In this document: one piece after another, positions 32,333 to 41,269 of the stretch | Position numbering within the stretch: the stretch's first letter is position 1 | Layout of the letters: every line of letters begins with the position of its first letter | NCBI GenBank assembly: GCA_963786955.1 | Contig: CAWBAT010000006.1 | Coordinates: forward strand, 416,001-480,000 | Direction: 5' to 3' | Source: an uncultured Acidimicrobiia bacterium | GTDB taxonomy: Bacteria > Acidobacteriota > Terriglobia > Versatilivoradales > Versatilivoraceae | Length of the DNA stretch: 64,000 nucleotides | The notes under the pieces: generated by a model | What the model saw: the letters and a program-made list of their open reading frames with translations, nothing else | Database searches by the model: none | Told to the model about the DNA's origin: nothing | Program-made: the position numbers and the translations under genes

Positions 32333-34831
32333 ATGGTCCGTCCCTTCTCGAGGGTGAAATTCATCCTACTCATTTCATTGTTTCTAGCGGGTCTCGCAGC
32401 GACTCTGGAAGGATCCAAGGTACCTGATAAGGCAAGTGCTCAATCCCTGCAACTGGTTCGAGCAGGATCGGCCGAAACTGCCATCGTCGTGGGAAAAGAG
32501 CTCAGCGAATCAGCCCGCTTCTCTGCAGCAGAACTGCAAAAATATCTGGCGGCCCTTTCGGGAGTTCAAATCAAAATCATTCCCGAAACCGAAGTTTCCT
32601 CACTGTCCGCTCAAACCACACTCATATTGCTGGGGAATCCTGACTCCAATGCACTGATCCGTGAAGCCAGCCTGGCAAAACTCGTGAACTTCACCGGACT
32701 GAAACCCGAAGGCTACATTGTGAAAACAGGTCATTTGAAAAAGCGGCCTATTGTGGTCGTTGGCGGGAATGACGACGCGGGGACTCTCTATGCCGTCTAC
32801 GATTTCATCGAGCAACTGGGTGTGACCTTCCTTCTCACGGGAGATGTCATCCCGGCCAGGCAAGAAACTCTGGCGCTCGGGGCCTTAGATCTTCGGCGCG
32901 AGCCCGCTTTTCCACGCCGGGGGTTTTTACTGCAGGTTTCCGGGTTCGACAATCTGACCCTTTTTTCCACCGCGGACTACGAAAAGTTTGTCGACCAGAT
33001 GGCAAAAATGCGTTGCAACTACCTGCAGGTCTGGTGGTTCGCATTTGCTCCCTGGTTGAAGCATTCCTATCGAGGCGAAACCATGTGGATGGGTGATGTC
33101 TCAACCAAAGAGAGTGGCTATTTGGCTTGGACCCATTCCTCTATGGGCTCCCGCACAACCGATGAGGTCACGATCGGGAAAGAACATTTTCAGGGAAGAA
33201 GAATCGCCCCTCCAGAGTTTCAAAATGTCGAAACTTCTGACCAAGCATTCGACGTCGCTCAAACCATGTTGGGAAAGGTCATCCATCATGCCAAACAGCG
33301 TCACGTGAAGGTCTGGCTCGCTATTGAAATGGCTGCCCTTCCTCCTAATCTGGCTCAATTCGCCGAAAGAGTTGGCACGCTGCCGTTTCATCCAATCTTC
33401 GGGACCTTTGTGCATCCGCTCGATCCAGTGAACCGCGAAATACAGGTAGAGCGGCTCAAAGCACTCATCAACACCTATCCTGAAGCCGAAGGCTACTTCC
33501 TGGTTCTGGCAGAGTTGTACCCCGAGATCAATACCGAAAAGTATCGCGCGTTCTTTGCTCAAGAACGCCCGAAATATCATGAGATGCGCCAACTGCGATA
33601 TCCCTGGATCGAATGGGGAGCAGGCTATAGCAGCGACCGGCTCATCGACAACAATATTGGCTACACGGATCTCTTCAAATTTTTGCTCAACAAAAGTAAA
33701 GAATTCGCTCCTCAGGCCAAGTTGGGCGTGCTGGGCATTGGCCGCGGCTATGTTTTCCCGGTTCTGGATAAGATGTTGCCCAAGGACATCCCCTTTAGCG
33801 ACATGGAATCCAGTGGGGTCTGGACCCCGGCCGGGGTCCCCATGCAGTATTTTGGAGGAATGGGCGAACGCGAGAGGACTCTCGAACAGCGCATCGATGA
33901 CGATGTCAACATGATGGGAATGCAATTTAGCGTGAAGCAGTATGCCTTAAAGGACCGCATCTTTAGCGATGGAGCCCGGTACGGGTTGACGGGCCACGCC
34001 GGCCAAGTCCAACGAGCCCGAGGCACAGAAACTAACAGTCTCTATTCAGCCGAGGCCGCCTGGAATCCTGAGCTAAGCCCGGAAGAATTTTACCGGAATT
34101 ATTCCCGGCGTCTGTTCGGAGAGCGAGCGGCTGACGATATGTTTCAAGCTTTCATGACTCTCGAAGAGAATGAATCTCACCTGGGTTACTACAATCACGG
34201 ATATAGCACGATGAACTGCTGCGGTTCCCTGCCTGAAGTCAGAGCCGCCTATAACTATTCAAAACAAGAGAACCCTTATGACGGGCCCAATACGGCTGAT
34301 TGGAACGCCTATATCATTAAATCACTAGACGTCATCATCCGTTACGAAGCCTCCTTGCAGTACCTGGGCAAAGCTCTAGGATATATGCAAAAAGCGGCCT
34401 TGGTCGTGACTCCCGGCGGAAAATATCAGTTGAGCTACATGATCAACCGGACAGAATCCTATCGTGAGTATATTCAATCCCTGATTACGATGCGCAAGGC
34501 TTACATTGCCTTCGACAAGGCCTTCAAAACCAAACTACAGCTGTCGCGGAAAGATTTCCTAGTGGAGTTGGAAAAAAGCTTGCAGCTTTTTGATGAGGGA
34601 CACCAGCAAGTCCAGCAAGCAACCCGGCGATACACGCAGATCATCGACCATCCCTCGGATCTAGCCGTCCTCTACCACTTGAATGTCCGAGCGATTTTGG
34701 GTTTTGATCTGGCTCGGCAGTGGATGACCAATGTCGTCAATTTTTATCGCGACAAGCCCTACATGGTCCCCGTTGACTTTGATAAGCTTTTCTCAACCGA
34801 GGTTCACTTCATGTGGGGTGGACTCAATTAG
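32333..34831 (+). CDS. Large secreted putative glycoside hydrolase (GH20/GH67-type N-terminal domain plus probable TIM barrel)
   Basis: Signal peptide; EGYIVK...VVVGGNDDAGTLYAVYDFIEQLG, EPAFPRRG, FVDQMAKMRCNYLQVW. Confidence 0.65.
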   Translation: MVRPFSRVKFILLISLFLAGLAATLEGSKVPDKASAQSLQLVRAGSAETAIVVGKELSESARFSAAELQKYLAALSGVQIKIIPETEVSSLSAQTTLILLGNPDSNALIREASLAKLVNFTGLKPEGYIVKTGHLKKRPIVVVGGNDDAGTLYAVYDFIEQLGVTFLLTGDVIPARQETLALGALDLRREPAFPRRGFLLQVSGFDNLTLFSTADYEKFVDQMAKMRCNYLQVWWFAFAPWLKHSYRGETMWMGDVSTKESGYLAWTHSSMGSRTTDEVTIGKEHFQGRRIAPPEFQNVETSDQAFDVAQTMLGKVIHHAKQRHVKVWLAIEMAALPPNLAQFAERVGTLPFHPIFGTFVHPLDPVNREIQVERLKALINTYPEAEGYFLVLAELYPEINTEKYRAFFAQERPKYHEMRQLRYPWIEWGAGYSSDRLIDNNIGYTDLFKFLLNKSKEFAPQAKLGVLGIGRGYVFPVLDKMLPKDIPFSDMESSGVWTPAGVPMQYFGGMGERERTLEQRIDDDVNMMGMQFSVKQYALKDRIFSDGARYGLTGHAGQVQRARGTETNSLYSAEAAWNPELSPEEFYRNYSRRLFGERAADDMFQAFMTLEENESHLGYYNHGYSTMNCCGSLPEVRAAYNYSKQENPYDGPNTADWNAYIIKSLDVIIRYEASLQYLGKALGYMQKAALVVTPGGKYQLSYMINRTESYREYIQSLITMRKAYIAFDKAFKTKLQLSRKDFLVELEKSLQLFDEGHQQVQQATRRYTQIIDHPSDLAVLYHLNVRAILGFDLARQWMTNVVNFYRDKPYMVPVDFDKLFSTEVHFMWGGLN

Positions 34832-34840
34832 ACATGGGAA

Positions 34841-34998
34841 GGTACAGACAGGCCTCCTGGCCTGTCTGTCGAGATTGGACATATGAGCAGGCCAGAGGCC
34901 CGCACCACAACCTTGTGGTGCAGGCGTCCACGCCTGCATTCAAGCGGCCCGAAAGTCCGCTACTGCGAGTGAGACGCCTGTTGCAACACGTACACCAC
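34841..34998. repeat. Cluster of REP-like palindromes at a convergent junction
   Basis: GTACAGACAGGC-CTCCTG-GCCTGTCTGT, GTGGTGCAGGCGTCCACGCCTGCA and inverted copies ending in CCAC/CTAC. Confidence 0.65.
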
Positions 34999-35023
34999 AA
35001 TCTAGAACGGGTTATAATGGGAG

Positions 35024-36322
35024 TTAGAGATTAATCAGATCGTTCCTTACCGATATTACCTGCTTTGCTTCAATCCTCATGGGCTCAATCTTTCCGGCGA
35101 AGACGACTAACACAATCGCCAAAACATAGGCAGCGCTCGCACAAATAAAGGGGATTTCATACCCCTTCAAGTCGACGATTTGGCCCACAAAATACTGCGA
35201 GATCACTCCCAACCCGGTCCCTACTGCGCCCGTGATCCCGTAAAGTACAGCCACATGCTGCCTGGGAATCACCTCCGTAATCACGGTATGGATGTTCGAA
35301 GCCCACGAAAAATGTCCAAAGAGTGCCAGACTAATAAAGGCGATAGCCAGTGCCTGATCGAAGACATAGTAAGTGCCTATGCCAAACAAACCCAAGAGGG
35401 CGGAGACAACCAATACGATTTTCCGGCTTGGGTCGAGACCATAACCCCGCTGAATCAAGGCACTGCTAGCCCATGCCCCCACAAGGGCTCCAATGTCGGC
35501 AAAGAAAAACGGAATCCACAGCCAGCGCCCCACCTCGATCAAACTGAAACCGCGGATGACCTGGAAGTAGCCCGGCATCCAGAACACATAGAAGAACCAA
35601 GCGGCATCGGTGACGGCCCGAGCCGTGAGGAGAAACCAATATTTTCTGCGCTTGAGGACTTCCGGCAACGGCATTGGCTTTTCATCAACTGCCTCGTTTT
35701 GACTGGCCTTCGTTTCAGGAGTGGAAAGGTCAACATCCCCGAATGTCCTCCGGATGACGCGGTGGAGATAGAGCCAGACTGAGATAAGCAAGAAACCCAA
35801 GGCGCCTGTAAATTGGAATGAAGCACGCCATCCAAATTGAATGGTAATCCAAGCCACAAGGGGTGGAGTTACTAAGGACCCGACGCTTACGCCACATATA
35901 AGCAGGCCGACTGCTTTGGCACGGTTTTCCGGAGCAAACCACTCAGACAAGCCACGCATGGCCGTCGGATAGTAGCCCCCTTCGCCAATACCCAGGAGAG
36001 CCCGGAAGAAACACAGGCTTCCCAGTCCTCGAGCCATTCCGTGGAGCATATTTGCAATGGACCAAAAGATGACGCTGACCGTAAAAGTACGCCTGTATCC
36101 AAACCGGTCTGCCACACGGCCACCGAGAACATAGAAGACCATGTAGGGCACCAAGAACGCATTGACCGCCAGACTGTAGTCGGAATTACTCAGAGACAGG
36201 TCTTTGCGGACCTGGGGCATCACCACGCCCAAGACGGCCCGGTCTAGGTAATTGATCACAGACCCGATGAAGAAGAGCGCAACGATCATCCAAGCAAAGT
36301 GATTTCTTGTCGTAGGCTTCAT
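35024..36322 (-). CDS. MFS transporter, ExuT/ACS hexuronate-like
   Basis: INYLDRAVL, GRVADRFG, RALLGIGEG, SEWFAPENRAKAVG, WFFYVFWMP. Confidence 0.9.
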   Translation of the reverse strand: MKPTTRNHFAWMIVALFFIGSVINYLDRAVLGVVMPQVRKDLSLSNSDYSLAVNAFLVPYMVFYVLGGRVADRFGYRRTFTVSVIFWSIANMLHGMARGLGSLCFFRALLGIGEGGYYPTAMRGLSEWFAPENRAKAVGLLICGVSVGSLVTPPLVAWITIQFGWRASFQFTGALGFLLISVWLYLHRVIRRTFGDVDLSTPETKASQNEAVDEKPMPLPEVLKRRKYWFLLTARAVTDAAWFFYVFWMPGYFQVIRGFSLIEVGRWLWIPFFFADIGALVGAWASSALIQRGYGLDPSRKIVLVVSALLGLFGIGTYYVFDQALAIAFISLALFGHFSWASNIHTVITEVIPRQHVAVLYGITGAVGTGLGVISQYFVGQIVDLKGYEIPFICASAAYVLAIVLVVFAGKIEPMRIEAKQVISVRNDLINL

Positions 36323-36380
36323 CTTCTGGCTGAAAAGGATTGCAGAGGGCCTTTCGAGAGGACACTGTTGAAATTGAAGC

Positions 36381-37116
36381 TAGTGCTAAGTTGCATAAAT
36401 TCACGGTAATTGCTGTAGCAGGGGTCGTTGACCCATGAGCGCTAACTTTATAAGGCTTTCCTCGCCTGCCGCCGGTAGAATGAAACGCCAAGAGCGCCAA
36501 GAAAAGAGGATCCACTTCGGTCAGCCGCCTGATCTTATCCTACCCGCAGTTCTTCAGGATGGTTTCTGGCTACCCGCTGGATGCCGTCGCGTAACAAAAT
36601 CACGTTCCAATTGATGATCAACCCCGAAGACAAGCCGCTCAATTTCAAGTAAGTCAGCAACTCGGCGAGGTGGATGGGAAGAACTTTTTCGACCGTCTTG
36701 TTTTCCACCAGCACCAACTGGTCGATTCGCATGTCGATGCGGTAACCGACCTCAATAAGCACTCCTTCAAACTCTAGCGGAACAGCGACTTCGCATTCAA
36801 CCCTGTGGCGACGTCTTTGGGGCTCGTGTGCCAGACAAGCCTGATAGGCCGATTTTCCAGCAGCCCGGGCCCCAAGGCGCGATGTAGCTTGAGTGCAGCG
36901 TCAACAATATCCTTAGCTACTTCGTCGGCGGTCATGAAGGCTCCTACTCTTGGCGAACCTTGCGTTCTTGGCGTTTCCCAATTCTGGGCGTTATCTGCTC
37001 ACCGAGGATCCCGGAATGAACCGATCATCCAAGCTCAGGTTAGCGCTTATGGGACGTTGACCCCGGCCAACCCCAGCGGGGCCAGCTACAACATAGACTT
37101 CCGCAACTTAGCGCTA
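36381..37116. mobile_element. Inverted-repeat-bounded element enclosing a GxxExxY gene
   Basis: Outer IRs 36381-36448 and 37037-37116 (TAGYGCTAAGTTGC...TGTAGC...GGGGTC...CCCATRAGCGCTAAC); inner IRs of CGCCAAG repeats at 36483-36501 and 36949-36976. Confidence 0.65.
36535..36935 (-). CDS. GxxExxY family protein (PD-(D/E)xK-like), frameshifted
   Basis: MTADEVAKDIVDAALKLHRALGPGLLE.. and YRIDMRIDQLVLVENK..IHLAELLTYLKLSGL..GLIINW. Confidence 0.88.
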
Positions 37117-38142
37117 CACGGACAAAGGATATTTGCCGTATTTCTTAACTGCCTCGGACATGGCCAAAACGTTTTCGGGAAGGAGGTAGCCCGCCAGACT
37201 GTTACCACTGGACACCATATAACCGCCACCAGGTCCGACATCACGCACCAGTTGACGCACTTCGTCATCCACTTCACTGGGAGTTCCCATGCCTAAAATA
37301 TTCAGATCAACGTTTCCCACCAAACAGATTCTCTTGCCGTAGCGCTCTTTCATCATCCGTATATCCAAAGCACCTTTTTCGTTCGGGTGGATAGCCGAAA
37401 TACCGACGCTCAACAAATCATCTACAAAAGGAAGGAGGTTCCCGTCGCTGTGGATGATCCACGGAAGCGTAATCTTCTGCCGGATTCTCTGGTAACGGGG
37501 AAGAACCAGATCGCGAAATACTTTTGGCGAGAAAAAGGGAGCGGTCTTAAATGCCATGTCATCCGTAGAAACAAACACATCAAAACCCATCTCGCAAACC
37601 CGCTCGGCCACTATAACCGCCCAGTCAACATAGCGATCCAGTACTGTTTCTACAAAGGTTCGATTCTCAAAAAGCGCGACCGAAAAATTCTCCAATCCCA
37701 TGCTCAGCCAGGTCGGGAAAATCCCAATTCGAGTAACGAAGCAGGCGGCGTAATCCCCCTTCTGCCTTACAAACTCCCTGGCTCCGTCATATAATGAGTC
37801 ATTGGTAGGATCCGGAAACTTCATGATAGAGAGGTCGGCTTCCGTTTTGATCATCCCATCCCCATAAAAGAGACGACCATCCTGACCGGGGATCCTTTCC
37901 GCCCACACGGGTGCGCGCAAGACATAGTAAATGTTGTCCATTTTCAGATGGCTCGCAATCGACTTTATTTCCTCCACCGTATAAGGATTTGTTTCCAAAC
38001 TGGCAGCCTGACTTATGGGTTCCCCCCAGGACATGAGCGTTTGAGCCAGTGCGCGATCCACACCGATCTCGACATAAGGGATACGGTCAGGTTGTTCACC
38101 ACGAAGTGCCGCAAGGACACGTTCTCGTGAAGTCATCACCAT
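37114..38142 (-). CDS. Uroporphyrinogen decarboxylase / methyltransferase-like family protein
   Basis: MTSRERVLAALRGEQPDRIP, DDMAF, IHSDGN, CLVGNVD, GGGYMVSSGNS. Confidence 0.88.
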   Translation of the reverse strand: MVMTSRERVLAALRGEQPDRIPYVEIGVDRALAQTLMSWGEPISQAASLETNPYTVEEIKSIASHLKMDNIYYVLRAPVWAERIPGQDGRLFYGDGMIKTEADLSIMKFPDPTNDSLYDGAREFVRQKGDYAACFVTRIGIFPTWLSMGLENFSVALFENRTFVETVLDRYVDWAVIVAERVCEMGFDVFVSTDDMAFKTAPFFSPKVFRDLVLPRYQRIRQKITLPWIIHSDGNLLPFVDDLLSVGISAIHPNEKGALDIRMMKERYGKRICLVGNVDLNILGMGTPSEVDDEVRQLVRDVGPGGGYMVSSGNSLAGYLLPENVLAMSEAVKKYGKYPLSV

Positions 38143-38637
38143 AGGACTCTCCTTGTGTAGGTTCCTAACAAAAGTTATTTTTGAATGCCGAGCGTTGCCG
38201 AACGCAAAATGTGAATCAGGAACTTCTGATACAAGAGTATACAAATAAATTTGCAATTTGGATGCCAGCATTTACCTAGGGCATAGGCAAAATAAATCGA
38301 GGAGAAACGTGAATGGTTTACTTCTTTTGATGAGCAGTGACCATTTTGTATCCCGAGCCGAATATACCTTTATGGGAGGGGGCTGTCCTCAATCCCAACA
38401 CTCAACAGTGAGCGCAAGTTTCTTTTTTGGGGGTTTTCTATGAAAGAATTTGTTTTCAGCGCCCACTTATTTGGGCCAGACACCCCATTTGATTTGAATT
38501 TTCCCCCGTTTTTGAACAGTAGCCACGCCAGCCCTTTTGTCTATTGGCACGACTGCCGACGGTCCTTAAGTGTGGGACTATATCCGAGAGCGGACATCTT
38601 CGTTGGGGCTGGGGGATTTTCTCCGGGAGGTAACCAA

Positions 38638-38910
38638 ATGAGTGACACCCCGCCAGAAGTTCAGCGGATATATCAGGCGATGGTCCTGGCTAAAAGCGGG
38701 TCGGAACGTCTGCGCATGGGTTGCGATCTTTTCTCCACTTCAAGGGAATTGGTGATTGCTGCTCTTGGAAATAAGAACCTTGGGGATATGAGGGAACATC
38801 TTTTCTTGCGCTTCTACGGCTCGGAGTTCACCCCTGCTGAACGAGCCTGCATTCTGTCCAGTATTCGAGCTTGCAAGTCATGGGCTCACTCCCCACAGAA
38901 AGCTGAATAA
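38638..38910 (+). CDS. Small conserved hypothetical protein (MxDTxPE type)
   Basis: GGAGG RBS then MSDTPPEVQRIYQAMVLAKSGSERLRMGCDLF...LFLRFYG. Confidence 0.7.
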   Translation: MSDTPPEVQRIYQAMVLAKSGSERLRMGCDLFSTSRELVIAALGNKNLGDMREHLFLRFYGSEFTPAERACILSSIRACKSWAHSPQKAE

Positions 38911-39059
38911 CGACCCTTTTTCTCCTGTGCGATTTCCCGACCGTTCTGCCGCTTGTATCGGCTCAAGCGACCAGACACTATCCTCTTGGACTTCCCATCT
39001 TTCTCCGCGAAATACACAAAATATGGGCTGACCATTGAAACACCCCACAACATTTTGCG

Positions 39060-39088
39060 TTTACAGTGTTATGCCTTGGACCTATAAT
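39060..39088 (+). promoter_or_regulatory. Sigma70-type promoter of guaA
   Basis: TTTACA-17 nt-TATAAT, followed by an AAGGAG RBS. Confidence 0.7.
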
Positions 39089-39118
39089 GCGTTCTTCAAT
39101 AGGTTGAAGGAGACCTGA

Positions 39119-40660
39119 ATGTCTGTTAGCCACGAAACCATTTTGGTGCTGGATTTTGGAGCCCAATATACCCAGTTGATTGCGCGGAGAGTCCGTGAAG
39201 CCCATGTCTACTGTGAAATCCTGCCCTTTAATACGTCTCTGGACGAAATCCTGAAGCGAAAACCTAAGGGTGTGATTCTATCGGGAGGTCCCTCTTCTGT
39301 TTATGGAGAAGACGCGCCACATAGCGATGCGGGATTATGGTCCACCCCATTGCCTGTCTTGGGGATCTGTTATGGGTTCCAGCTCATGGCCTACCAGCTG
39401 GGGGGGAAAGTTGAAGGGGCTCAGAAACGTGAATATGGCCTCGCCACTCTGGATGTGCGGCAAGCCAGTCCCCTCTTCGCCGGCGTCCCTCCCTCCTCGA
39501 AGGTATGGATGAGTCATGGCGATCATATTGCCTCGCTCCCGGCGGGCTTTGGATTGATCGCAACTTCCGCCAATTCCTTGGCGGCCGCCGAAGACGGAGA
39601 ACGGCACTTGTATGGGCTTCAGTTTCATCCCGAAGTCATCCACACCGAATATGGAAAGAAGATTATCGAGAACTTTCTCTTTCAAGCCTGCCGGTGCCGT
39701 GGGGACTGGACTCCTGCTTCGTTCATTGAAGAGTCTGTTGCGCGAATCCGCCAGCAAACCGCCAGCGGTAAAGCAATTTGCGCCCTCAGTGGCGGTGTGG
39801 ACTCCACTGTTGCGGCGGTTCTGGTCGATCGTGCCATTGGGAAGAAGCTGACCTGTATCTTTGTGAATAACGGGGTTCTGCGCAAGAATGAGTTCTCGAA
39901 GGTTCTGGCAAGTCTGCGCGACCGGCTTAATTTGCAAGTTTTGGGTGTCGATGCGAGCGAGATCTTCTTGGGCAAGTTGTCTGGCGTTGCAGATCCTGAA
40001 AAAAAACGAAAAATCATCGGAAATACCTTCATCGAAATCTTCGATGAAGAAGCCGCCAAGTTAGGCGATGTCGACTTCCTCGTACAAGGGACGTTGTACC
40101 CTGATGTGATCGAATCGGTTTCTGTGAAAGGCCCGTCGGCTACGATTAAGTCCCATCACAATGTAGGCGGGCTTCCAGAACGCATGAAGCTCAAGCTCGT
40201 CGAACCGCTGCGCGAACTATTCAAGGATGAAGTGCGCGCCATTGGAAAGGAATTGGGCCTCAGCGATGAGATCATTCAACGCCAGCCCTTTCCAGGACCA
40301 GGCTTGGCAGTCAGGATCTTAGGCGAAATCACGCCGGAGCGAATTCACATCCTGCAGGAAGCCGACGAAATCGTGGTCGGTGAAATCAAACAAGCCGGAC
40401 TTTACCCCAAGATTTGGCAGTCGTTTGCGGTCCTTTTGCCCGTTAGAAGCGTGGGAGTGATGGGTGACGAACGGTCCTACGACTACACCGTCGCAATTCG
40501 TGCCGTTCATTCTCAGGATGGCATGACCGCCGATTGGGTCCGTCTTCCCTATGATGTCTTAGAACGGATGTCGACTAGAATTGTCAATGAAGTCAAAGGA
40601 GTCAACCGGGTGGTCTACGACATCAGTTCAAAGCCTCCGGCAACGATTGAGTGGGAATGA
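39119..40660 (+). CDS. guaA: GMP synthase (glutamine-hydrolysing)
   Basis: [49 protein letters not shown]. Confidence 0.98.
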   Translation: MSVSHETILVLDFGAQYTQLIARRVREAHVYCEILPFNTSLDEILKRKPKGVILSGGPSSVYGEDAPHSDAGLWSTPLPVLGICYGFQLMAYQLGGKVEGAQKREYGLATLDVRQASPLFAGVPPSSKVWMSHGDHIASLPAGFGLIATSANSLAAAEDGERHLYGLQFHPEVIHTEYGKKIIENFLFQACRCRGDWTPASFIEESVARIRQQTASGKAICALSGGVDSTVAAVLVDRAIGKKLTCIFVNNGVLRKNEFSKVLASLRDRLNLQVLGVDASEIFLGKLSGVADPEKKRKIIGNTFIEIFDEEAAKLGDVDFLVQGTLYPDVIESVSVKGPSATIKSHHNVGGLPERMKLKLVEPLRELFKDEVRAIGKELGLSDEIIQRQPFPGPGLAVRILGEITPERIHILQEADEIVVGEIKQAGLYPKIWQSFAVLLPVRSVGVMGDERSYDYTVAIRAVHSQDGMTADWVRLPYDVLERMSTRIVNEVKGVNRVVYDISSKPPATIEWE

Positions 40661-40661
40661 A

Positions 40662-40773
40662 GAGGAGCAAGGTACAAGTGGAAAGGGTCAAGCTAGAAGG
40701 ATCGATAGGCAAGGGTTAAGGATTAAGCTCAATGGATCGAGGGGCAAGCGTTAAGGGTCAAGGGGAAAGCGAA
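40662..40773 (+). repeat. Degenerate 7-bp tandem array (AAGGGTY-like, ~16 units)
   Basis: AAGGTAC AAGTGGA AAGGGTC AAGCTAG AAGGATC GATAGGC AAGGGTT AAGGATT ... AAGCGTT AAGGGTC AAGGGGA. Confidence 0.8.
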
Positions 40774-40813
40774 AACACAGTAAGCAGAAAATACTGGTGC
40801 AAATGGGCTATCG

Positions 40814-41172
40814 ATGTCGCACGACGAATCGTTCGAGAATCTCGTAGTATGGAAAAAGGCCATGGACCTCGTCGTAAAGGTCTATCGACTTTGTCAACAA
40901 AGCCCACTTTCCAAAGACTGGGGCATGCGAGATCAGATGCAGAGAGCGGCTGTTTCAGTTCCGAAGGATATGAGCGGGGTGGCAGAAAAGAATATATCCG
41001 TTACTTAACAATCTCTAAAGGTTCATCTGGGGAGCTTCGCTGTTTATTGACCGTTGCTTGCCAATTAAAATATCTTTCAAAAGAAGTCGGCGTTGATGTT
41101 CTTAACGATGCGGTGGAAGTTTCAAAAATGCTGAAAGGGCTTATCAATTCTCTAAGCCCCGATCGTGATTGA
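40814..41172 (+). CDS. Four-helix-bundle protein (23S rRNA IVS-encoded protein family), lacking the SNIA segment and frameshifted
   Basis: FENLVVWKKAMDL...DWGMRDQMQRAAVSVP then EGYERG..KEYIRYLTISKGSSGEL...EVSKMLKGLI. Confidence 0.85.
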
Positions 41173-41175
41173 ATT

Positions 41176-41232
41176 TGCACTTGCTCTTTTATTCTTTTCA
41201 ACTTGACGCTTGACGCTTAACCCTTAACCCTT
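41176..41232 (-). repeat. 7-bp array complementary to the one upstream of the four-helix-bundle gene
   Basis: GACGCTT GACGCTT AACCCTT AACCCTT is the reverse complement of AAGGGTT/AAGCGTC units. Confidence 0.8.
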
Positions 41233-41269
41233 TTTTATTTTACTCTGCGTTCATTCGCGGCCATACCAC

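Noticed and set aside
33101-33925. Long antisense ORFs (also 16782-17564, 39335-39937, 35180-35782)
   Set aside because: They are shadows of well-supported opposite-strand genes and contain no recognisable motifs.
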